A DNA stretch of 62,614 nt, counting the filler, from Streblomastix strix (Eukaryota): assembly GCA_008636045.1 (NCBI GenBank). It is 2 parts of 2 records of this genome, joined end to end, with 100 filler letters (N's around TTAATTAATTAA, not from the genome) between each part and the next. Parts side by side here need not be neighbours in the genome. Positions count along the whole stretch, not along the records: positions 31,399 to 62,614 come from SNRW01000084.1; 1 more part is not named here. One strand, written 5' to 3'. A program made the position numbers and the translations under genes. Of this stretch, positions 47,572-58,102 are shown piece by piece (position 1 is the stretch's first letter; each line of letters begins with the position of its first letter). The notes beneath the pieces were generated by a model. The model had not been told where the DNA came from, did no database searches, and saw only the letters and a program-made list of their open reading frames with translations.

Positions 47572-49520
47572 TAGGCCTGGGCAAAAGTGGAAATTTCAAA
47601 AATTAAATGGCAAACTGATTATTTTTCAATGACAAAAAAGATTTTTTTCAGTTAGATTTAAATCCAAATAAATGCATTTTTTCAATAAATTTTAAACTTT
47701 ATCAGAACAACGTTATTGTTTTATAATTAGTATATACTATATAATATATCTAATATAAAGTATAGATATAGTAGTAATTTAAATAAATTTGTAAAGATTA
47801 ATTTTTTTATTTATTTTCGCTCTTTAGCTTCTAGGCATCATGTATATATTATTTATATGTTATAATAATATAAAACAATAATAATTTCATATCTAATAAT
47901 GTAAGTTTAAAATACGATCTGACCCCATAATGGAATCATTTTCTAGAGTAAAAAAATGCCAAAATGCCAAAGTGGCGGCCACTTTGGCATTTTGGCATTT
48001 TGGCATTTTTCTTAATTCAGAAGGTATTTACAATGGAGACTTCTACATATAAGCATCTGCTGCTCCAAATAACTAAAGGTACAATTACTTCATTTTATAT
48101 TCAAATTATTAAAGTTTTAATGAAATATATTTAAACGGATATCAAGCGCAAGCGATTTTTTTTATTTCACTTCTATCGCCTGTATCAACTGAATTTTTGT
48201 ATTTTTACTATCGTTATTTACACATACAAACAAATTCAAAATTATCTATTACTATAACTGCTTTTTTATATCGTAATCAAACCAAATTCAAATATATTTA
48301 ACAAATCCAATAAATTCTTATACTCCTACTTATTTTATTCCAATTTGTTAATATAATATAATTAATATATTTATTTTATATTATTTTTATTTACATTTTC
48401 TTATTGTTGAATTTATTTTAAAAGACAAAAATGAGAATGAATTCTTCAGAATTTTTTAATAATTTTTTTCAATTATCTTATTTATCTCTTTTTATAAAAA
48501 TCAACATACATATTTCTAATAATATATTTTAATTAGACATTTATAATATACGAGTAAATATGACAACAGCTTATTGTGTAACTACATGATGCGCTGAAAC
48601 ATTTCACGGTTTGACAAAGAATTATTTATATTAGATATCGTCTGTAAATTCATATTAATATATTTTGAATATTATTTTATAAATATAAGTCAAATTTTGT
48701 TTTATTATTTATATTTTTCATTATTACATTAAAACGATTATCTATGGAATAACTGATCTTATTAATTTCTACTTCAATCAAAAGCAAACTTCGCATATAT
48801 GGCCGAGAATAAAAAGCAGAAGAGCATTTGATAGGTGCAGACATTTGATGGAGCTTCATTGAATATGTTGTGACAGAACATTCTGTAAACGAATTCAAAG
48901 TGATATCTTGATCTTCGAAATCTGAAGAATTGGAACAATCATAGTTAATCTTATTCGTAATAGCACTCTATTGCAAGCCTGTTGAGATGCGCAGCAAAGC
49001 TCCAACACTAGTTATTCCTGGAGACCATGCAATATTCAACAAGAAAAGTGTATCAGTACAAGGAATCCATAGAAGATTGTTTCTTGACATTCTAAATGGA
49101 CCCATTACTTGAGTTATAGAGATATCAAGCACATGGCATTATAAAGTAACATTCCTGACAGATTCAAAAATGGATACTCACAAATTAATGAGATTTTTGA
49201 TTCTTGCTTAACATGCAAATTCAAAGAAACAAATAATAAGATCGATATGACAACAATTAAAGCTCCTGAACTGAATATGAAATCGTTCAAAATAAGAGAC
49301 ATTGTGAATGTTTTTATTATTTTCACATTAATTATTTAACTTTATTTTATATATTTTACATAATTTTATTAATTTATATCATTCACAATTAAATCTTTAG
49401 TTTGAATTATAGTTAGTTTAAGCAAAATAAATAGTATTTTTTAAAGCACTGACAAATGAAATTTTTACTGACTGGTAGACAAAAATTGCCTTGTCAGCTT
49501 GCCACTTTTGCCCAGGCCTA
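47572..49520. mobile_element. TIR DNA transposon, 1.95 kb, with TAGG termini and a decayed internal coding remnant
   Basis: Perfect 19-bp TIR TAGGCCTGGGCAAAAGTGG / CCACTTTTGCCCAGGCCTA. Direct repeat TTAAAAAA at 47564-47571 and 49521-49528 (extendable to 10-12 bp). Confidence 0.92.
48560..49310 (+). pseudogene. Decayed Mutator-like transposase C-terminal remnant inside the TIR element
   Basis: MTTAYCVTT*CAETFHGLTKNYL (48560-48628) has the spacing of the MULE catalytic-Glu motif TTxxxESF(H/N)xxxKxxL. It is followed by an intron-like gap and ...IEYVVTEHSVNEFKVIS*..., with TGAs at 48587, 48846 and 48909. Confidence 0.5.
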
Positions 49521-50036
49521 TTAAAAAATATAAAAAATCATATATTTATTTAATTGTTATAATACATGTAATTGAAAGTTGTGATTTAAAAAAATATTAA
49601 AATCGAGCATTAACAAATTAGGTACAATTAGAATCCATATATAAATAATTCATAAGGTTAGAAATTTTATTTAAAATTAAAAAACAATAAATTAATTATA
49701 TAATAAATTCAAGTTAAGGCTGGTTATCAAATTTTTAAAAGTACTAAAATTCTAGAATATTATACAATTAAAATATATTAATTTGGTAGAAATTGGAGAA
49801 TAAAATACATAATAAGCATTAAAGCATATGAATAAAATTGAATATAATTACTGTTTAAAAATAAAGATTTTACTTAAATTTCACTTTCCAGATTAAGAAA
49901 TATTATTAATATAAATCATATAAATCATATAAATTATATTTTCTATAAAATAATAAATGTATTTGGATGTGAATTGCAAAAATGACTAGATGCATTAAAA
50001 ACCAAATTTAGCTTTATAAAAGAAAATTGAATCAAA

Positions 50037-51662
50037 ATGGGACAATCTGAGGTATTAAATATATATAATATACCCTAAAGACTATTTTTGAACTAAATTC
50101 ATATTATTTAAACAATTAATACTTTGACTGAACATAAAATTTATTAAAAATTAATATTTACTAGATTAAATAATCAAATTAAATTATTGAAAAAATTTAA
50201 ATAGTTCATTTTATTGGAAACATTACTATATCTGATTTGAAATTCAAACATCACCGCATTAATTTGTCCATGATTCATAAAAGTGAAATTAAATTCTAAT
50301 CTATTAATTGCAATTTTTTTAAATATTAATTATTTTATTCATTATATTTATCAAATAATTCAATTCACATCACTAAACAATCAGAGCAGGAGGCTTGAAA
50401 AAGAGATATTGCACGACCGCAAGAACTATGAATCTGTCCATATTAACAAATGTGGGCTGAGAATGACCATGTGCTGCGGCATACCTGCTTGGGGCCGTGT
50501 TGAATTTAGCAAATGCATATATTGCTATTTATGGATGCAAGGAACTAGCGGATGTTGTGGTCTTCATAGATGTTATGTTGGCGACTTTTTCATGGGGACT
50601 CTTTGCTTCTTAACGTATGGATTTTGCTTTGTTGGACAACTGTTGGACGTGATCTACTTCTGGCATATTAACTGTATTGATTAACTGAATGAGGACATAA
50701 AAAAATGGGCCCATTTCGGGTACGATAATCGTATGAGATAAGAACAAAATGTATAGAAATAAAATGCAATTCTCCAAAATAGTATTCCAACAGAACCATA
50801 TGCTGATTACTAAGCAAATCATCCAATTGCATATCCAGTCTAACCACAAATGCAAGAATAAGCTCATCTTCCAGCTGGAGCAACTTACATTCAACCTGGT
50901 GCCAGTAATCAACAGAATATATAAGGATATCCACAGTAATAGTTCAATTCCCCTCAATAATAGGGCTAAGTATATCAACCATAGGTATATCCTTATCAGC
51001 AAGTAGGATAACAGATCCAGCAGTAATAATATCCATCTCCAAACACAGCGAGCAGTCAATTGAACTATGAAGAAGGATAATCTTCATAAAGACAGTTATA
51101 ACGATCGATGAGTCAAAGTTAAGTATCTTCTGCTTCAAATATTAAACCGCCAGCAGCACAAGGATAAGAATTATCTTCGTAAAGACAGTTGCAACGCTCC
51201 ATGAGTCTGCGAAATCCTCCTTCCATTCCAAACAAAAAAGCACCAAAAGTTCCAAATAAGCCAACACCAGCAGTTCCAAACAAAAAAGCACCAGAGGTTC
51301 CAAATAATCCAACACCAGCAGTTCCAAACAAAAAAGCACCAGAAGTTCCAAAAGGTCCTCCTCCAAAGTCGATCAGTAGCAAATAGAGCTCCAGCAAATT
51401 GTATGAGCACCAATCTGAGCAAATTCAGAGCATAAGTGATCAAGTTCAATAAGCTTCAAATGATCAAGTACAATGTTCATCAAACGAACAAGTCCAAGAA
51501 AGTTCAAATGATCAAATGCATGAAAGTTCAAACGACCAGAAGCCAGAATCAGGAATATTGAAGCATAACTCAGAGAATTAATATGAGAAAGATTCAAAAG
51601 ATACTTTGAATTGTTCAGAAAATAAGTAACAGTCAGTCATTTCAGATGATAATCGTGAGTGA
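50037..51662 (+). CDS. TM2-domain membrane protein with a Q/P/Y-rich and Pro-repeat cytosolic tail; 1 intron
   Basis: YLWMQGTSGCCGLHRCYVGDFFMGTLCFLTYGFCFVGQLLDVI matches the TM2 consensus (GxHRFYxG...G...LT.G....G...D). MGQSE|gt...ag|SRRLE; TGA 51660-51662. Confidence 0.82.
51225..51350 (+). repeat. 48-bp coding repeat VPNKKAP(K/E)VPN(K/N)PTPA, about 2.5 copies
   Basis: Visible directly in the DNA and in ORF 51189..51386. Confidence 0.85.
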
Positions 51663-51927
51663 ATTAAGAAGATATGAATAAAGCAAATCGTATCGCCAAT
51701 TCCTTTGTTATTGCGATATTAATTTAAATTTTCAACATATCACTTTGTTAAAGTTGTGAATCTGCCTTTATCTATATTTTGAATGTTAAATAAATAATCT
51801 TTCAAGGAAATCGACTGGAGAATGATAAAACACTTCAAAAATGCAACATCACTAATGAATCAACTGTTTATGTTTTCCATGAATCATGACTATTTTATCT
51901 TCAAAATAATGATCTATCATTTTATTC

Positions 51928-52262
51928 TAGGGCTGCATGAAAAAATATGAAAATTTTCAATCCGCGATCGGATTCCGCGAAATTCGCGGAAAGTTTAGAT
52001 GAGGCTATAAAATAGTTATGTCATTTTATTTGAATTCGAGTGTAATTATTCAATTTATGGATTTTTCTTCTATATTCTTTTTCTCACTACTCATCAACAA
52101 ATTTCATACATATTTTGATTTAATACAGTAAAACTTAAAAATGAAATTTTTTTAAAAAAAAATTTTTTTTAATTTTTTTATGGGGTCTCAATTAAAATAT
52201 CCGCGAAGTCCAAATAAATTCGCGGAAACCGCGCAATTTCCGCGGATTTTCATGCAACCCTA
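51928..52262. mobile_element. 335-bp MITE with hAT-like termini
   Basis: TIR TAGGG(C/T)TGCATGAAAA (15/16 match). 8-bp direct repeat TTTTATTC at 51920-51927 and 52263-52270. Clustered CCGCG/CGCGG subterminal motifs at both ends. Confidence 0.92.
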
Positions 52263-52627
52263 TTTTATTCAATTTTTATAGTTGTCTGCGAAAACTATTT
52301 TTGTTTGCATTTCACAAATATAAAATATAATTTAAACTTATTATCAATAAATGAGGGAAACAAATCAGTATATTAGATATGCTAAGCATTTTATTTCGGC
52401 AAGCGGATTTAATCAACGCCTGTCGCAAAATCAAAAGTGTGGGTGCATGACAAACAATAAAAATAACTGGACAAAAATTAAATGTGCGCGATAATAAATT
52501 AAAAATACCCACACACAAATAAAACTTAAACAAAGGAAGTGGTGTTTTGAATTAAAAAAGCACTCTAAAAATTAGGCTTCTGTCACAAAACATCACTTGC
52601 CGCGTTCCACTCTTAATCAACTGTCAT

Positions 52628-53326
52628 TCATTTACTAAGATCTAGTTATGGCTGCAATGTCGCAATGCGCTGCTCGAAGACTGCTCTCACCGCATCAAAC
52701 TCCTCTGCATTGATGAATGTGCCAAATTTAAGTGCTGATAGGATTTCTGCCTCAATTCCGTTCAAGGTCTCCGTTCTCATCCCAAGCATCTGCGCCCACC
52801 ATGAATTTGACAAGACATTATCAGAATTCATCTTGTGACTCAACAGGCAGCTACCCACAAACAGTGATTGGAGCGTAGCTGGTGAAACAAGTTCAGGTTT
52901 CAAATGCCAAATACGGCTCACATAGATGCCAGCTTATAGGAACTCTGTCTCAGACATTCTTGACTCGTGTAGTATACGAATCATCAAAGCGTTCAATGTC
53001 TGGCATGCTTCTTTCAGCCCCGGCACGGGAACAATTTTTCCATCAGCTAAAACGCATTGCAATCGCCCCACATTGTCCGTCCCTGCCATTTAAGCGTTCT
53101 CATAAACACCTTTGTACATGTCGCAGCACAGCAGCCACACAAGACCCTCACGCGTAGCTCGGGTGTCGAATACTGGCGCAGGAACACTCTCACGCACAAA
53201 ACTCGCCTCGCCAGAGCACCCCGAGCTCTCTCCCACCGCCCCAGACCGCCAGTGCTCAGCTCCCTATGCATCAACAGGCACGCGAGGTACCGCTGAAGAT
53301 ATTTTGCTTTGACTGGTTGTCTTCAT
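52628..53326 (-). CDS. Second PHO80/PCL-like cyclin, intronless, 232 aa
   Basis: ATG 53326 (MKTTSQ) is in frame with EFLQAGIYVSRI...LQSLFVGSCLLSHKMNSDNVLSNSWWAQMLG...LNGIEAEILSALKF. TGA 52628-52630. Confidence 0.82.
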
Positions 53327-53901
53327 TTTTTTTATGCGACTGATCGTTGATTATTTGCTTGGATGAAGTTGCTAAATTCATAATAGTAAATCAAAGCAGA
53401 AAAGAAATTGAAAAAAAGCATAAATAAAGATGAATAACCAATATAAAACCAGAAATAACAGCACAATTATGAGGATAATTAAGAAGATAAATGTCTTCCA
53501 TTAATGAATGAATCAATATAACTTTTTATATTTCATGTATTTATAATGATACTAATAAACTATCTTGTTTGAATGATATAAAAGAAAATGCCTCGAACAA
53601 AGTGCAATTTCAAAATAATAACATTTTCATGGCATTACGTTGCTAATTGTTATAAAAATTTCTAATTATTTAATATATTATACATAATTTCATCATTTTT
53701 GTTCGTTATTCATACAACTTTAAGCCAAATATATGACATATTTCTGAAATTCAGTAAATTAATTTTAAATTGACTTTTACTACAATAGTAATACTATTTT
53801 ATAGATAATTTTGCAATATTTATCAATATAATTAGAATTTAACTCATTTTTATTAAAAAATTATTAATTATTATACTTATTTAAGATATTTAGAAAAATC
53901 G

Positions 53902-56900
53902 ATGACAGATTCTGATATTTCTTTAAGAGGAATAAGCAGTACAAATCCTTCTGAATCAATGAGAATGTTAGTTCTTTCTAGTAGCGAGGTATAAATATTG
54001 ATTATCTCAAAGTTTTAATTTATAAATCATATTTTATATTTTATTACAGGTAAAATCGCAGATTGTTCAACATGCACATCGTTTATTACTACCAGAAATA
54101 TCCGATGCAGATAAAATTCAATCATTAGAAAGCCTAATTATATTATCATTGCGATGTACACATATTTTTTTATTATTGTTGTATTTATTATTTTATATTG
54201 TTAATTCAGTACAACATGGTGAATTAAAAGGAGTTATGTGTTCAAGTGGAATTATTTAATCTGTTTCTTCACTGATATTTGAAACTGATAATCCAAGAAT
54301 TCGTGTATAAAAAATAATTTTAAATTACTTTATTCAGTTTATAATGTTTTAATAATATAGACACTTTGTGATGCAATTATTCGCATACTTCATCAGATTG
54401 GAGCAGAATCTTAATCTAATGTTGATTGGAAAACATTTCTTCAACCATTGATCGAATTATTATTCGTATATTTAATTTTTAATTTAATTTCATTTCATTT
54501 CATTTTTTATTAACTTAACCAGAATGAAGATGAAAAAATATCTGATTTGGGGAAATACGCACTTTTTGATGCGATTAAAAAACTGCCACAATCAATTCCT
54601 GGTCTATTGGAACTTAATATTTTTAGCAAATCTGTTCAAGCATTAGATAATGCTTATCCTTCGGCTTAATCATCATAATCAATTCAAAAGCTTTCACAAT
54701 TATAATAAAACATTGTGTTGAATATTTTAGAAGTTATTTCCAAACTTATTCTAACAAGTTCAGAAACTGCCAAGAAAACACTTCTATTAAAAAAGAATTT
54801 ATAAAGAATTAAACTATTAAATCCATCACGATAAATAAAGAATGCAATTAAATAAATTCTTACTATTTTAGAAGATGATGAAGATGATGATAAAGTAGAG
54901 GAAGAAATTGATTCAGAAACTACACTTCATGAAGAATAATAACAAATAAGACATTTATAAGAATAAGTTAGAATTATTGAATAAGAGAAAATTAAAGCAG
55001 ATGAATAAGTTAAAATTGTTGAATAAGAGAAAATGGAAGTAGAAGAAAGAGCTCGTCTAAATGAATAATAAATGATTGAAACATAAGAAAGAGCTCGTTT
55101 GAATGAACATTAGAAGATTGAAGTTGAATAACGAATGAAAATAGTTGAGCTACAATTGAAAAATGAATAATTATTAAATAAATAATCAAAACAAGATAAA
55201 ATAACATAAGAATAGCATAAAACAACTGAAAAGCATCAATAAAGTTAGATTTTTCGTTCTCCAAATGATCAATCAGAAAGAAATAAAATAATTCAAATAC
55301 AATAGTAACAAACAGTTCAACCAAAACCAAAAGTTTCCTTGAATACTCCTGACATGTCTCTTATAGAATGTGATGGCTGCCATTTGAAAATTCCTTTCTC
55401 TTAATATGAAACTCATCAAAATTAACATTTGACAAATTAATAACCAAGAAGATATGGATTTGTATATTTGAATGCAAAAACTCCATAATTAAGTTGAACC
55501 AAACTTTAAATTCAAATTGTTGATTGGAGTAATGAGAGGGCATCTAGAGCTTTGAATATGATGGTTACACTCAATAGAAATGATGATTATGATGCTATAT
55601 CAAACGCTGTTACAAAAGAAGTATAAAAGTATATATCATAGAATGGAGTGCGCGATAATTAAGCAATAATTCCATCAATTTCAAAAGAATTTATTCTTCT
55701 TACAAGAGAAAAAGCAAATGGATATTTAGCTGATGTTGATCCTTAATATCATTTAACAGCTGAAATGATAACATATCCAGATGCTTATGATTAAGTTGAT
55801 TTCAGTTAACTTACAGGTGAAGAAAAATTTGGAGGAGGATATCAATATCATAATTTAATTTTATATGATAAATTAACAACTGGATGGTAAAAACAATTGT
55901 ATTATGAAGTTCTTCCATTTGATGTTCAAACTTACTTTGAAAACAACAATCTTTTTGATTTTAAAATTCGTGATTCAGTTTAGAGAACTTTATATTAAGA
56001 GAGATATTTCTTGTACAAGAAAAATGGAAATGTAGCTGATATTCTTGCATCTACACGTGAGATGTTTATTAAGAAGCCTCCTTAATAATTTCCTAAAGGC
56101 GAAGTTTAAATCCCATTCATCAATGTTTAATCAACAATTTTATCTAATACTTTATCATTGCCTTCTTTTAAATTAATTTAATTTCCTCCTTGCGGGATTT
56201 GTAGACCTAAATTCCCATAAACTGCAAAACACAGATCGCTTCTTGGGAGACTTGCATTTGCATTGGCGCAGTAAATTGAAGAAAGAATTAGATTATTCAA
56301 ATAATATAGATTTGAAAGAGATGTTAAAAAAGCTAGTTAACCAACTTAACTTATTGACACAAGTTAATTTCTACTGAATGAAGAGTTAACTCCTATTGAA
56401 GAAATATATTAATTCATTTAGAAACCTCTAACTCAAACTCAAATTTAATCTTCAAATTCTGATAATATTTAATGCATTCTTCCATTAAGGGTATTTCTTA
56501 TAAATATGACATAAATAAAACTTAGTTAACCCAAAGCTAACTTAATTTAGCTTGGTTTGGATCAATAAGGAAGTTAAATTTTGAGTAGCAAATCCAAAAA
56601 AGTCAGAATTGATGTGTGTTTTGCTTATTTATTGATTTTTTTATTAATTAGTCATAATAATATTGTTTTTACTTTGATAAACATTTTATTTTCTTTAATT
56701 CTGATTATAAAATCAGATTGCTCCTCGAGATCCACGCTTCAGGTGCACTGATGCTGCATTGATTGGTGGAGAAGCATATGATAAAATATTTGTTAGCGAA
56801 ATGGAGAAGTAAAAAATTGAAATTGCTGAAGAAGAAAGTGTTTTGATACCTGTGTTTTTTGTTGATACAACACAACTGAAGAAAGAAAAACATAATATAA

Positions 56901-57951
56901 ACTATCAACAATAAGAATCTATCAACTTGACTCATGTTGATGATACATTTGTCATCAAAATTCATGAGGTTTGCAATTAATTACGAATTATTTTTAAATT
57001 TCAAATCAAATGATTCTTTATTTAATTTATATATTATAAATATTATATAATTATTTCATTATTATATTCAATTAACTTCTATAGGGAGATAGAACATATG
57101 ATGTTATTTTATCTATCCTGTGTACTCGTGGTCCCATTATGACAACTGAAGAGGCAATGAGACTCAATATCTGGATTGAAGATATAAATAATGAAACGAT
57201 GCCTATTTACAATGTCAGTTAAGATCCGGGGGTATTATTCAAATCTTGTGCCATGATTTTGATTGGAAAGGAAAGTATGAGGAAAAAATCAGAGACAGAA
57301 TTGGTTGTTTGGAACCATAATGAAGATTTTGTAGATGAATAAAATCAAAATATCGAAATAATTAAACAAGATTTAACAATTGCAATCGACCCTAAATCAT
57401 ATCGCAACGAAAGTGAGTGTTTTGATGCATTTGGCTTTAAATGGTGTGAGCAATATTATAAAAGCATCAATTATATTCCTCTATATAATAATTCTTATTC
57501 AGGAGTATTCTTCTTTTACAAAAAATTGAAAAAGATTATTATTCTCGATTAGTAGAAAAACAAGGAATATTTCTTGTATTGAAGGTATTTTATTGTTTTA
57601 TTTATATTTTTGTTAAATATTCTTATATATTTTATTTTATTTTATTAATTTTATGTTCATCTAGTCAATTGATGAACTTGGTGATTAGTTTAGCTAGAGA
57701 TTCTAGTTTAATATTTAAATTCTTTAAGAGGAACAAGACCCTGTTGAAATAAGTTTATTATTTCTTTCTTTTTTAATTTACATTTTTAATTTTATTTAAA
57801 TTTATTATTATATGTAGACATTGATCATACATTCACCAAAAGAGACCCCGATTTAGGATCTTGGTAAAAACTTAAGCCTTAATAGTTGAAAGAAGGTAAT
57901 GGTTTTGTTAAGAATGGGAAATTATAAGTCAAAGTATCTCTTCATAAATGA
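53902..57951 (+). CDS. Mosaic protein: helical/ARM-like N-terminus, coiled coil, C2H2-type finger, USP7-like Ubl region and C-terminal MATH; one in-frame TGA at 55495
   Basis: Finger ECDGCHLKIPFSQYETHQNQH. USP7-C-like VTLNRNDDYDAISNAV, QLYYEVLPFDV and KKNGNVADIL. MATH-like SECFDAFGFKW|SILL...GIFL...HTFTKRDPDLG...GFVKNGKLQVKV. TGA 57949-57951. Confidence 0.62.
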
Positions 57952-58102
57952 AAAAAAAGTCAATTCACAACAGTTGATCATTTGTTTGTAAAAGAAATTG
58001 AACTTATTATAATAAAAGTTTATTTAAATCAACTTTCAGTCTACAAATAAGATTTCTGAAATGAAAACTATTCAATTTTTATTAAAAATTATGCATAAGA
58101 TA

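Noticed and set aside
52882..53312. Several overlapping ORFs on both strands over the second cyclin
   Set aside because: Expected from locally high GC; only the frame starting at 53326 gives a recognisable protein.
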